DNA of 64,000 nucleotides, taken from a virus. Shown here piece by piece: positions 36,287-45,989 of the stretch. Below the pieces are notes generated by a model. The model made no database searches and was not told where the DNA came from. It was given only the letters and a program-made list of their open reading frames with translations. A program made the translations under genes and the position numbers. The stretch is taken from IMG/VR virus record IMGVR_UViG_3300046321_000141, positions 5,316 to 69,315 of that record, one strand, 5' to 3'. The number at the start of each line of letters is the position of its first letter. Position 1 is the first letter of the stretch.

Positions 36287-37354
36287 TCACAAATATGAAG
36301 GTTTTGAAAGTTTGCTGAATTCTTCATCAGACAAAGCCAATGGATTAAATTCCTTGGTTACCTGACCAGAAACAGCAGATTTACTGGGTGCCGCAGCACG
36401 CTTTTTATCCTTTAGCCTGTCATCCTGTGCTTGCATGGGTTTAGGCGCAATAACTTTACTAACTGCGGGTGATCGTTGTCCCTTGGCCAAGTGATCGAAT
36501 CCACCACGAGCTTGTAAAGCATCTCCTACTTTCCTATAAGCCTCAATATCCGACAAACCTTGCAGACGGCCAAATAGCTTCTCGTTCTCCACTTCCTTAT
36601 GAATAAGATCATAAATTCCAGTCTCCATGTGACTGTTTATGACTTTCAAAAGTTGCGGTGTATTAGCTACTACCTGTTTACTAGCCTCGTCCCATTCACT
36701 AGACACTGCGTTAATAGTACGTCCGTAGGTTGGAGAGTCTTTAATCTCGTCCAGTACCTCATCAAGTGCTACTTCACGATCATCTATTGCATAGGATTTT
36801 GGCTTGTATTCGTCTGCTTTCGTGGTGTCCATCTCTAATGGATCAATACCACTATCTTTCACAAGCTTTGCAATTGCCTCTGGATTTCGTCCATTAAGGT
36901 CAATCAGGTAGCTGATTTTAGATTCTTCCATCAAACCAGCTTTCTCCAACATCTTCAACATCTTGAAGTGTGGTTTCAAGCCAGCCATCTTTTTACTGTA
37001 ATTAGCCCCCATTTGCATGAGCGCAATAGCGTCATCTACGCTACGTACATTAATGTCTTTACCATTTGCTTTAAATGGTGCTGTAAGCCGGTCATACTCA
37101 GCTTTGTAATCTACTTCAGCAGCGGACTTCTCTTCTTCTGCTTTGTCCTCGCTGTCTCCAGTAGCTTCAACTACTTCACTGGTTTCTTCTACTTCATCAG
37201 TAGTATCCGCAGATTCCTCTGCATCAACTTGCGTAGCTTCCTCTGGTGCAACCTCTTGTGCTGGTTCCCCAATAACCTCAGCGACCTCTACAGGAGGCTC
37301 ACCTAGTTGGTCATCTGGCAAATCCAAGTAAGACGTTTGCTGTGCTTCAGCCAT
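36287..37354 (-). CDS. N4 gp57-like protein (probable capsid scaffold)
   Basis: Acidic N-terminus, APFKANGK, LMQMGANY.KKM, C-terminal NPLALSDEEF. Confidence 0.85.
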   Translation of the reverse strand: MAEAQQTSYLDLPDDQLGEPPVEVAEVIGEPAQEVAPEEATQVDAEESADTTDEVEETSEVVEATGDSEDKAEEEKSAAEVDYKAEYDRLTAPFKANGKDINVRSVDDAIALMQMGANYSKKMAGLKPHFKMLKMLEKAGLMEESKISYLIDLNGRNPEAIAKLVKDSGIDPLEMDTTKADEYKPKSYAIDDREVALDEVLDEIKDSPTYGRTINAVSSEWDEASKQVVANTPQLLKVINSHMETGIYDLIHKEVENEKLFGRLQGLSDIEAYRKVGDALQARGGFDHLAKGQRSPAVSKVIAPKPMQAQDDRLKDKKRAAAPSKSAVSGQVTKEFNPLALSDEEFSKLSKPSYL

Positions 37355-37694
37355 TATTCAATCCTTCAAAAAGTATATCGTTGCGGGTTTGTTCATCTGC
37401 ACTAGCAGTTTTACCTGCCAAACCAGACATTAATGTAATGTCTTTAAGATAATTACTAAAGGTACCAATAGCATCTATCTTATCAACAATACTCTTTTGT
37501 ACTGCTAAATCAATTGACTCAGCAGCAGCCTTCAGATGAACCAAACGAACGGCTTCTTTTTCAAAGTACCCAGTTAAAACAATCTTTTTAAAGTCTCGGT
37601 TACTATAAAGACGTTCTAGAGCACTACCCAGCTCAATAGCTTCTTTAGCGCTCTTAATGTTTGCTTCTAGTTCCTGAAGTGTTATCTCATTCAT
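37347..37694 (-). CDS. N4 gp58-like protein
   Basis: ALERL..N.DFKKIVL.GYFEKEAVRLV. Confidence 0.8.
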   Translation of the reverse strand: MNEITLQELEANIKSAKEAIELGSALERLYSNRDFKKIVLTGYFEKEAVRLVHLKAAAESIDLAVQKSIVDKIDAIGTFSNYLKDITLMSGLAGKTASADEQTRNDILFEGLNNG

Positions 37695-37702
37695 GGCTTA
37701 TT

Positions 37703-39868
37703 CTATACTTGTTTATTAATAATAAACTCTTTTATTAAATCTTGCTTTTTATCTTCTTGTTGGAACTGTCTGTCCAACATTTTTAACTGTGCTTGGCTTC
37801 TTGCTTGTTCACCATGCAACTCCAATGCTCTGGCTTGTTTTGTTCCTGTTTCCTGCTCAACAAAATCCAGATTCTTCATATCCGTATCTGAAGCCAGATT
37901 ACCTGCTTTAGCACCTTCGGTATTAATCTTAGCACTAGACAACTGAGCATTAGCCATTTCTGAAGCAGTCTTAGCTTGAATAAGTTTAATTTCTTCCTGC
38001 AACTTCATCATTTCCAATTGCTGCAATTGTTGTTGCATTGGGTCAGGCTGTGGCTCATAAGCCTCAATCTTTTTAGCCAAATCAGGCATCTTTCTAAGTC
38101 GTGCAATATCTCCAAGAATCATCTTAGACATATCTGGGGGCATTGAATTACCCATTGTTTGCAACATAAAAGCCAATTCCTGCGCTTTATTGTTATCCTC
38201 TTCAGCAGTAGATATGGACAACCGCAAATCAAAAGCACCACATAAATCTTTACGATCTATTTTTACAAACTCTTCATTTGTAACCCTAACAACTTCAGTA
38301 TCGCTAAGAAACTCAGCATTCATACTGACCAGTTTCCTACCAATCTTAAGCATGGCATTACTCAGCCTACGTAAGATACCCAATTCGCGCTTAGAAGCCG
38401 CATCCAAAGCACCTCTCACACCGGCTGCCACTTGACCCAACGATTGACCAGATACCCCCTGACTAAAACTCTTAACTCCGGTCAACGACTCAGCTTCCAT
38501 ATTCTGTAGCTGAAGCATGAACTGCGCAGAGTTAGGAATCTCTGGATAAGTATGCATATGTATCCCTTGTCTGGGGTCTACATTGGTATTGAACTCATAG
38601 TCCATACCTTTCTCAAACTTACGCCTATTGGTTGCATCCAACATGTCTTTACGGACACCTGTTTGGCCATTGGCAGACTTACCCATGATATCAATCATAC
38701 CTCTGGTAACAGCTCCAATAATCTTCTGATTATCTTCTAGCAAAGCACCATCAGGCTCACCATAGACACTCTGACGCACAGGCAGATAAGAACACACTAC
38801 AAAAGGAATCTTCTTATCAGGAAAAGGATTGTCCTCCATACGAATAAGTGTTTCACCTACCCATGCAGCAACGATAGGCTCAACAACACCAGAGCCATCC
38901 TTATCCCAGTAACCCCAATACTCATAAACCACAAACTTCTTGCGAGGTTTATCACTAAAGTTGAAATTCTTGCTGCCATCCGTAGTTGCGTGGTCAGGTT
39001 GACCAAGAATAGAAGAGTTATCAACATTAATACGATCTAAGTTCTTGTACCTGCCGTCTTTTTCCAACTGCGATAAAGAACTCTCAAAAGAATAAATAAC
39101 AAAACTAGCTTTCTCTACATCACCAAAACAAGTTGGATCAATGATTACATTTCTAAAATCACACACATTAATAGTAGGACGGTTGTACACCGTACGAACC
39201 TTCTTTTCCATACGACTACCAACCTCTATAGGTTCCATAGGCATACCTGTATGCATCGACACTTTAAGAGCCTGTTTAAGAGCCTCTGGTACATCAATAT
39301 CAAACCTTGTAGGGTTCTCTGCTTGCAAAGCTTGTACCTGTTGGAGCGTCTCTGCTATCTCAGGGTTAGGTTTAAAGTCGTAAACAGCAACTTCTTCCTC
39401 ATACTGCTCTTCTGCAAACTCCCAACCAGTACGAACAATTACCGTACCCTCATCAACAGCAGTCCTTACAAACTCGTCAATGAAAGTAGTCTTGTCAATA
39501 TCAACATTGAACTGATGATTAAGAATCAACTCATTTTGTTTAGCAGCATCACGATCTTCCCAAGTAACAGGAGCCACATTAAACAAGTCCTGTGTACTTA
39601 GAAACGGCTCACTCAATGCAGAGTACCTCCACTCTGCTTGCTTACGAATGAGCTTAGGAACAATCTTAGAGTTACCTACAGGGGTAACTACCTTAGCAGC
39701 TCCAGTTACCTTAAGGTTATCCAACCAACCTTCAATCTTAGTTACCTGAGCATCATGGGTGCTTTTGGCATCCATCAAATCCTGCTTTAACGCTCGTAGC
39801 GTAGGCGGATTGCTCCAGTTAACCAGTGGTTTAGCTTCCCCAGTATGCGTAAATGTTTCGGCCATCAT
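37703..39868 (-). CDS. Portal protein (N4 gp59-like)
   Basis: PKLIRKQAEWRYSALSEPFL, EAESLTGVKSFSQG, RGALDAASKRE. Confidence 0.93.
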   Translation of the reverse strand: MMAETFTHTGEAKPLVNWSNPPTLRALKQDLMDAKSTHDAQVTKIEGWLDNLKVTGAAKVVTPVGNSKIVPKLIRKQAEWRYSALSEPFLSTQDLFNVAPVTWEDRDAAKQNELILNHQFNVDIDKTTFIDEFVRTAVDEGTVIVRTGWEFAEEQYEEEVAVYDFKPNPEIAETLQQVQALQAENPTRFDIDVPEALKQALKVSMHTGMPMEPIEVGSRMEKKVRTVYNRPTINVCDFRNVIIDPTCFGDVEKASFVIYSFESSLSQLEKDGRYKNLDRINVDNSSILGQPDHATTDGSKNFNFSDKPRKKFVVYEYWGYWDKDGSGVVEPIVAAWVGETLIRMEDNPFPDKKIPFVVCSYLPVRQSVYGEPDGALLEDNQKIIGAVTRGMIDIMGKSANGQTGVRKDMLDATNRRKFEKGMDYEFNTNVDPRQGIHMHTYPEIPNSAQFMLQLQNMEAESLTGVKSFSQGVSGQSLGQVAAGVRGALDAASKRELGILRRLSNAMLKIGRKLVSMNAEFLSDTEVVRVTNEEFVKIDRKDLCGAFDLRLSISTAEEDNNKAQELAFMLQTMGNSMPPDMSKMILGDIARLRKMPDLAKKIEAYEPQPDPMQQQLQQLEMMKLQEEIKLIQAKTASEMANAQLSSAKINTEGAKAGNLASDTDMKNLDFVEQETGTKQARALELHGEQARSQAQLKMLDRQFQQEDKKQDLIKEFIINKQV

Positions 39869-39881
39869 CGTGTTTCCTTAA

Positions 39882-40625
39882 TCAAACCCAACCATTACGC
39901 ACCAACTTAATATTTTGGCTATCTTGGTCAACTCGAATGTTGTGTTTCTCTATTTCTTGACAAGCACGCTCATACTTTGCTGCATAGTTATTGCCAGCAT
40001 TAAAGTCATTGACCAATCCCATAGGATTATGCAATCTACTGCCCACAAAATACAGCAAAGCTTCTAGATACGTATAGGGCAAGTCTATCTCAACTTGATC
40101 TGCGTCATAACCATTAAAACCAATACCTAAAATCTTATGGTTTGCACGATAAGTAACACTTAGATGGGTAGTTTTATATTCTTCAGGAATACTGCTCACT
40201 TGATCTACCAAATCACTCTTAAGTACCAAAGTACTTAAGTTTGGAGTAAATGCTGAGTAGTATTCAGCATAGTTATTAAGAGGAATCTCTAAACCATCAG
40301 GAATAGACACACTCTCAATCTTAAGCAGCGTATTCCTGTAAGGCAGTGCAACTGAATCAATGATGTAAGGCAGCACAGCATTCTTACTAACGGCATTGGC
40401 ATTAGTAATGTTGTACGTGTACACACCGGGAATCAACAACAATGACAAAGTTTCCCGCTTAAGACAAAACCGTGTATGCAGCGTCGTTAAACCAAGACTT
40501 ACAGCACTCAACACCTTGTCATAACTCTTCTCTGCAATCAAACCAGTAGAAGAATCAATACCATTCAACTGGGCCAGTTCACTAAATGCCAGTTGGTCAA
40601 ATATTTCCCGTAATTTCATACACAC
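39882..40625 (-). CDS. Head-tail adaptor (N4 gp67-like)
   Basis: L.EIF..L...EL, GLT.LHTRF.LK, YRANH, LEALLYFV.SR, ends RNGWV. Confidence 0.8.
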   Translation of the reverse strand: MCMKLREIFDQLAFSELAQLNGIDSSTGLIAEKSYDKVLSAVSLGLTTLHTRFCLKRETLSLLLIPGVYTYNITNANAVSKNAVLPYIIDSVALPYRNTLLKIESVSIPDGLEIPLNNYAEYYSAFTPNLSTLVLKSDLVDQVSSIPEEYKTTHLSVTYRANHKILGIGFNGYDADQVEIDLPYTYLEALLYFVGSRLHNPMGLVNDFNAGNNYAAKYERACQEIEKHNIRVDQDSQNIKLVRNGWV

Positions 40626-40626
40626 C

Positions 40627-43050
40627 TCAAATAATATATGACGCCATACGATCTACTTCAGTATTCGGAGTATCAATCTCCCACATACCATCATCTGTAC
40701 TTTTCATAATGGCTTCCTCTGACGGTTTCCAGGGCTTCAAGGAAGACAGCATAGCCACCGAATCAATGAAATCGTCGTGCTTGCTCTTAAATCCACCAAC
40801 AGATATAAGAGAAAGTTCATTCATTCCCTCTGCAAGTATAGGTTCATTCTTCTTTTCTACAGGAAAGTAAACTTTCTTGCTCTTAAACCAAGGAAGAACA
40901 GTATTAAACCTTACTAACTTGTTATTTACAGGACGAATGCCAGGAGCATTGTTATTTTGATCTGAAGCCAGTGGGAAATATATGTTTCTTTCCATCATTT
41001 GTGACTGAATCCAGCTAACAAACCCACCTTGTTGACCTGTTACCTCAATACCAACACTCTGAGGCTTATATACCTGAGCCAACCTAAACAAATCATCAAT
41101 GTTTTTATCCATCAACTGACGTTTACACACACCATCCACCCACAACCAATCACCAACATTGTTGTAAGCCCATACAGAGATAACACTAAAGTCACTCTTT
41201 TCATTAACTGACGTAGCAAAGTCAGTAGTTATATAAAAGTTAAACCTACTTTTATTTTTAACCACTGAATCCAACTTATACCAGCCAATATCACTATCCA
41301 GAATCATTCTGTCATCATCACTCATAATTCTTAACATCAATTCTTGGTTAAAGGTATCTACTTTTCCTGACAAAAGCGCCTTCTCATATTGCCGCTTAAC
41401 ATACTGAAAATCAAACCTATCTTCCCAACTGCCTCTAAAGTCTACCTCCTCACAAGGAAACTGCTCACAAACAGGGAACACATTAACTTCCCATGCACCA
41501 CTCTCTACAGCCTTATACAGAGGATCTTTGGCATTGAATGGTGTACCACTCCAGATAACCTTTCTTCTACTGGGATGCAAAGCATAGTCAATGGCTTTGT
41601 AAACAGTGTCTTCCACGTCAGCAATAACAGTAGCACTCCTAGCGTCACTATCACTTATCAAGTCATCCAATAAAGCAAGCACAGGTCTTGTCCCAAGCTC
41701 ACGTGTGTTATGCGTAGCTAGGTAGTTATCTGTAATGAACTCGTGCTCAGCATCCTCAACACGAATACATTGGCTTGGTTCATTTGGTATGGCTTCAATA
41801 GCTACCAAGGCCACTCTATTAGAGCGCCTATTAGGTACCTTAAACAAAGCCGCTTTACGGGAAAGTTTAAACGGGTTAACGCTTCCACGTATAAATGCGC
41901 GGTAGATCGGTTGCCTGTTTTCCCTATGCATCACACCAATTCGCACAAGATAGCCCAAACTCCTAGCCAAGTCTGCTACATCAACCACTAACTGCTTGCT
42001 AATAGTGCAGTATGAAACTTGCCCTTGATTACCGCACGTGCCATCAGTATCCAACAAACCAGCAAGTAACTCCCTGCGTTGCTTCACTGACCCTCTTTGA
42101 TATTCAAAAGGGATGTACTTAGTGGCATCAATACATCCAGCAATCAGCAAACCAAGTAAGTAAGGCTGTACCGGCAGCTGTTTCTCTGTGTACTGAACTG
42201 GTTCTACTGCTGCTGTGTAATATTCCCTCAATGTTCCTTTTATCAAAGGAGCACCATCAAGCAACTCTTTGGTAGTAAAGAGCTTCTTCACATACGCCGT
42301 TTTTTTATTCGGATAAGTTTTAACGTACAAAGGATGTAGGTGAGTACTGTCACACTTTAACTCCCTACCATCATCAAACACCAGCTTATACATATCCCCA
42401 TGAAACACCTCTGACTTACCCAGCACAGTAGTCAGTGTTCCTTTAGGCGTATATATCTGGTCACCTACAACCACATCTGCAATTGTCTTGGTTCCTCTAT
42501 CGGTGTAAACCTTGGAGTCCAGAGATAGCGGCCCCCTAACGCCGGTTCTAGCACCATAACCAGATACCACAAAAGGAGTCTTGCTACTATTTATAAACTC
42601 CCACCTAATATCCGTAAACTTAATTTCTGGAATGTACTGCTGTAAAAAAGGACTGTTCTGCCACCTGTATTCCAAACTTTTACGCATCTTCTTTACTCCG
42701 TTATCAATGGAGTCTGATACATACAAAGCATAAGGAACTTTGCCAAAGTTAGGAAGCTCACCGAACACAGCTAGGTAAAGAATCAAATACTCTTTAATAC
42801 TTGATTTCGCAATACCCCTATGACACATGTTAATTACATCTTTTTTACTATCAGATACAAAACTATCTAACATTTTGTAATGAACTACAGGAGTTTTATT
42901 TTCTGTAGCATTTCCGTTAACTAATTTAATAAAGTTAACAAACTCCAAAGCAAAGTCGCTAGGTACATACTTTTTATCAACTTTATACGAGTTATTATTT
43001 AAATACTCCTCTACTTTCCAGTAAGTACCGTCTTTGTGTTGCTGAATCAC
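40627..43050 (-). CDS. terL: Terminase large subunit with intein
   Basis: CHRGIAKS, GARTGVRG | TRELGTRPVLALLDDL, WSGTPFN..DPLY, TTDFATS, HDDFIDS; 807 aa minus 275 aa intein leaves 532 aa. Confidence 0.93.
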   Translation of the reverse strand: MIQQHKDGTYWKVEEYLNNNSYKVDKKYVPSDFALEFVNFIKLVNGNATENKTPVVHYKMLDSFVSDSKKDVINMCHRGIAKSSIKEYLILYLAVFGELPNFGKVPYALYVSDSIDNGVKKMRKSLEYRWQNSPFLQQYIPEIKFTDIRWEFINSSKTPFVVSGYGARTGVRGPLSLDSKVYTDRGTKTIADVVVGDQIYTPKGTLTTVLGKSEVFHGDMYKLVFDDGRELKCDSTHLHPLYVKTYPNKKTAYVKKLFTTKELLDGAPLIKGTLREYYTAAVEPVQYTEKQLPVQPYLLGLLIAGCIDATKYIPFEYQRGSVKQRRELLAGLLDTDGTCGNQGQVSYCTISKQLVVDVADLARSLGYLVRIGVMHRENRQPIYRAFIRGSVNPFKLSRKAALFKVPNRRSNRVALVAIEAIPNEPSQCIRVEDAEHEFITDNYLATHNTRELGTRPVLALLDDLISDSDARSATVIADVEDTVYKAIDYALHPSRRKVIWSGTPFNAKDPLYKAVESGAWEVNVFPVCEQFPCEEVDFRGSWEDRFDFQYVKRQYEKALLSGKVDTFNQELMLRIMSDDDRMILDSDIGWYKLDSVVKNKSRFNFYITTDFATSVNEKSDFSVISVWAYNNVGDWLWVDGVCKRQLMDKNIDDLFRLAQVYKPQSVGIEVTGQQGGFVSWIQSQMMERNIYFPLASDQNNNAPGIRPVNNKLVRFNTVLPWFKSKKVYFPVEKKNEPILAEGMNELSLISVGGFKSKHDDFIDSVAMLSSLKPWKPSEEAIMKSTDDGMWEIDTPNTEVDRMASYII
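41707..42531 (-). mobile_element. Intein (class-3 type, Pro1) with degenerate LAGLIDADG endonuclease
   Basis: Starts PLSLDSKVYTDRG, block B CDSTHLH, LLAGLLDTDG, block F SQCIRV, ends LATHN, +1 residue Thr. Confidence 0.9.
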
Positions 43051-43748
43051 TTTTGTGCCCCACTAGGTAACAATTTCATAATTCCTTCAGGAATAATGCT
43101 GGCAAGATAATTTATATCTTCTGGCTTAACAGGCTGTTGTGCAGTCATTTCTTTACTGACACTGCCATCTTTAATTTGTCCGCCAAGGATAGCCCTCAAC
43201 TCTGCCAACCTTGAATTGATAACATCACCATACAAAGGCGTATTCGCCACCTCTCTTAGAGGTTGTGTAGTAGGGGCATTTGAAGTATTGCGTATGGTTT
43301 TTTCTGTAGGTGTCGGCACTGCCTCACTTGTTGCACCATTGGATTGCCACCCAAGTCTATTCAATACTTTATCTGCATACGCTTTACCTTCCCCATATCC
43401 TGCTAAACCAGTAGCAATATCCCCTGCTTTATTAATCCTAGCTGCTACGTAATCAGTAGCAAATCTAACCTGTTCGCCAAGAGATTTATCTTTCAAAGGC
43501 TCAACACCATACCCAGGTTTACTCGCCGTACTTTCGACAATACCAAACGGCCCAAACGCAGTACTGACTTTGCCAGTATGTCCAGCAACTCTCCTACCGG
43601 ACTTATCTAAGCCATAGTGATAAGCACTTGGATCATCTATATATTTACTATTACCGCCTGTCTCTTGAGCCAGTATTGATGCCATCAAACCAGGGGGCAA
43701 ACCTTTACGAGCCTCTGCTGCATCAAGTAATCTAGCTAAATTTGACAT
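43047..43748 (-). CDS. Lytic transglycosylase (SLT-like) domain protein
   Basis: GLPPGLMASILAQETGG (catalytic Glu), STAFGPFGIVEST, AGYGEG..YADKVL; low-complexity C-terminal tail. Confidence 0.78.
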   Translation of the reverse strand: MSNLARLLDAAEARKGLPPGLMASILAQETGGNSKYIDDPSAYHYGLDKSGRRVAGHTGKVSTAFGPFGIVESTASKPGYGVEPLKDKSLGEQVRFATDYVAARINKAGDIATGLAGYGEGKAYADKVLNRLGWQSNGATSEAVPTPTEKTIRNTSNAPTTQPLREVANTPLYGDVINSRLAELRAILGGQIKDGSVSKEMTAQQPVKPEDINYLASIIPEGIMKLLPSGAQK

Positions 43749-43785
43749 ACATAGTCCTCATTAAAGAATTACTGATTATCCAACA

Positions 43786-44475
43786 CTACACCTCTTCAGC
43801 CACAACATCAATAATCAACTTAGTGTGCGCTACCTGTTGAGCACTCATTGCCCCAGCCTCAACCATCAACCTCTGCTGCTTGGCCAACTCTAAAGTTGTA
43901 GCCCGCAGTGCAGCAATAGAGCCATCCTCTTTAACACCCACACTCAACTCAACCTTCTGAGTTTCAGGCATCTTCAACTGGTTTAACAAACTATTAGCAG
44001 CATCACTCCTAACTTTCTCACTTCTTGCACTAATCATTAACTCAGCCTGCACATTAAGCGCCTTTTGATACAAATCTTGATTCAATACATAACTAGGTAT
44101 AAGAGTTTGCTCCATTATTAAGTTGACCAACTTACTCTTGTTATACGCCGTAACATAACTAGCAATATCTTTACTATCTACACCTCTACTAACAAAATCA
44201 TTGTACTTATCAGGAAATGTTTTTATATATGCAGAAATATTACTAGCCCCCATTAACTTGTGGCTTACATACTTCACAGCATAAATATAGTTCTCCATCT
44301 TGAACCTACCATCAGCCATCACTGAGGTGTAGCTCATCAGATTGTCCCGATATGACTCATACATATCAGGATCACCAAGCGTAGTATTAATCTGATCAAT
44401 CAACTCTTGATTAACACTCTTCTTGATTTTCTCAGGCAATGCTGCCTTAAAAGCTTCTAGTGATAACACTGACAT
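43786..44475 (-). CDS. Terminase small subunit (N4 gp69-like)
   Basis: Y..AVKYVSHKLMG, AY.KTFPD.Y, YVTAYNKSKLVN.I.EQT, SEKVRSDAANSLL..LK.PE. Confidence 0.82.
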   Translation of the reverse strand: MSVLSLEAFKAALPEKIKKSVNQELIDQINTTLGDPDMYESYRDNLMSYTSVMADGRFKMENYIYAVKYVSHKLMGASNISAYIKTFPDKYNDFVSRGVDSKDIASYVTAYNKSKLVNLIMEQTLIPSYVLNQDLYQKALNVQAELMISARSEKVRSDAANSLLNQLKMPETQKVELSVGVKEDGSIAALRATTLELAKQQRLMVEAGAMSAQQVAHTKLIIDVVAEEV

Positions 44476-45080
44476 AACACTCCTTAGTTACTATATCGGG
44501 AGGTTATCATATTTTCACTAAAAATCCACCCAAATTCAAACCAATCAATTTAAACAGCCTACAAGCTATTATTTCCAAACGTACTACCCTGCCTATCAAC
44601 CACCCACTACAAACCTCACCAGCGACCGTCTAGCCCCCTTCTTACCCACACCCCACCACACAACCACACCAACCTTAAACCAATAAATAAACATAACCCC
44701 GGCAACCTAAACCAAGAATCTTGCTGTACACTCCAACCCTTCTTCTTTTACAGCTTCGGCTGGTTTTCTTCTTACCCTCTCCCCCCAATATATAAAATAT
44801 AGTATCTATCTATAGGATGACCCCTGGGTATTTATACAGTACTCTATAGGTATATATACCTGTAGGTTTATACAGTAGTTATTTATATAAAATACGTATG
44901 GTTTAAGTACCTGAAACTTTTTATAAAAATAGTAAATTACGTATGGTTTCAGGTTTTATAGTAATTTACTAATTACGTGTAGCTTTAGTACTAGCCTTAT
45001 ACCAAGGCAAAACACAAAGTACCCCCCGGTACTGAGCATGTTTCTGTATTTATAAGGCTATACCCCAGGTGTAATACATA
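44476..45080. other. Non-coding divergent region, probable genome end / terminal-repeat region
   Basis: About 600 bp without ORFs between the last late gene and the first vRNAP promoter, where N4-like genomes have their ends; strand-skewed, then AT-rich with repeats. Confidence 0.6.
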
Positions 45081-45097
45081 AAGCTCCGCTGGTATGG
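45081..45097 (+). promoter_or_regulatory. vRNAP hairpin promoter P1
   Basis: AGC-TCC-GCT (template AGC-GGA-GCT as in N4 promoters); G 11 nt after the loop centre (45097). Confidence 0.85.
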
Positions 45098-45128
45098 CAA
45101 TCTTGCCTATCCCTAGCTAGGACTCAAC

Positions 45129-45350
45129 ATGTTCTCCACTCTGTCTAACCTCTTTGGTTTGATCAACGATATCGTCAACTCCCTACGTGACTTGTCTCAC
45201 GCTGGACGTAGTTATACTAAGCAAATTGCAGGTGAATCTCATAAAGATTTCCTTGACTATTGCGAAGACTCAGGACTAGATGCTAAAGAGTTTGAGAAGA
45301 TTCTCGAAGACTCTCGTTCCACCAAGAAAGTACGCACTCTCAAAGCGTAA
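45129..45350 (+). CDS. Early hypothetical protein
   Basis: First ORF after P1, SD AGGA, followed by a terminator. Confidence 0.75.
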   Translation: MFSTLSNLFGLINDIVNSLRDLSHAGRSYTKQIAGESHKDFLDYCEDSGLDAKEFEKILEDSRSTKKVRTLKA

Positions 45351-45353
45351 CCG

Positions 45354-45386
45354 ATAAGCTCCCTATATGGGGGCTTATTCTTTTTT
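45354..45386 (+). terminator. Intrinsic terminator
   Basis: ATAAGCTCCC / GGGGGCTTAT stem plus T run. Confidence 0.8.
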
Positions 45387-45540
45387 ACACAAAGAACACT
45401 ATACACAACGCAGTGCCGAAGACAGTAGTTATAGAAGCAGTACTACTTCTATACTTCTACCTACTTCTTCCAGTGTGTGTGACTACTGTATATAAACACA
45501 GTAGCATTCTTTAATATCCTTAGTTAACGTTAATACCTTA

Positions 45541-45557
45541 AAGCTGCGCTTATTTAG
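45541..45557 (+). promoter_or_regulatory. vRNAP hairpin promoter P2
   Basis: AAGC-TGC-GCTT; G at 45557. Confidence 0.8.
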
Positions 45558-45588
45558 GAAATGTTTCCTACCTTTGCTGGAGTTATTT

Positions 45589-45906
45589 ATGTACACCGCT
45601 ATTACTTGGGCTAAACAAGCAACTCAATGTCCTGGCTATATAAGTTATCAAGAAGGCAAGATAACTTTAGAAGAGTTCGTTAAATTAAATGCCAATGACT
45701 ATCTTTTCTGGCTTGAGTATCAGCGAACAAAAGATGCTGCTGCTAAACAACTTAAGCACATCATCAAGTGGTCAGCATTGCTGGTTACCTTGGTGCTTGG
45801 TGCTGGTACCTTGATTTACGGTTTGGCTGCTCTGGACAATGGTTGGATCATGTCTGGTGTTGGAATGCTGCTCGGTGCTTCTATGTTCGCTGGATGTGTT
45901 GATTGA
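45589..45906 (+). CDS. Early membrane protein (two C-terminal TM helices)
   Basis: ATG at 45589 after GGAG; hydrophobic C-terminal half. Confidence 0.7.
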   Translation: MYTAITWAKQATQCPGYISYQEGKITLEEFVKLNANDYLFWLEYQRTKDAAAKQLKHIIKWSALLVTLVLGAGTLIYGLAALDNGWIMSGVGMLLGASMFAGCVD

Positions 45907-45907
45907 T

Positions 45908-45936
45908 AAAGCAGGCTTCGGCCTGTTTTATTTTTA
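45908..45936 (+). terminator. Intrinsic terminator
   Basis: GCAGGC-TTCG-GCCTGT plus T run. Confidence 0.85.
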
Positions 45937-45949
45937 TGGGTAGGTAATA

Positions 45950-45966
45950 AAGCTTCGCTAGTAATG
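45950..45966 (+). promoter_or_regulatory. vRNAP hairpin promoter P3
   Basis: AGC-TTC-GCT (template GCGAAGC); G at 45966. Confidence 0.82.
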
Positions 45967-45989
45967 AAATCAACTTATTGGAGTTTTAA

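Noticed and set aside
36287-37354. Tape measure protein
   Set aside because: The label is often given to N4 gp57, but this is a podovirus, and the position before the MCP plus the acidic composition fit a scaffold.
44661-44674. 14-of-15 match to the thrombin-binding aptamer on the minus strand
   Set aside because: Coincidental in a G/T-rich tract; only the general G4 potential is retained as a finding.
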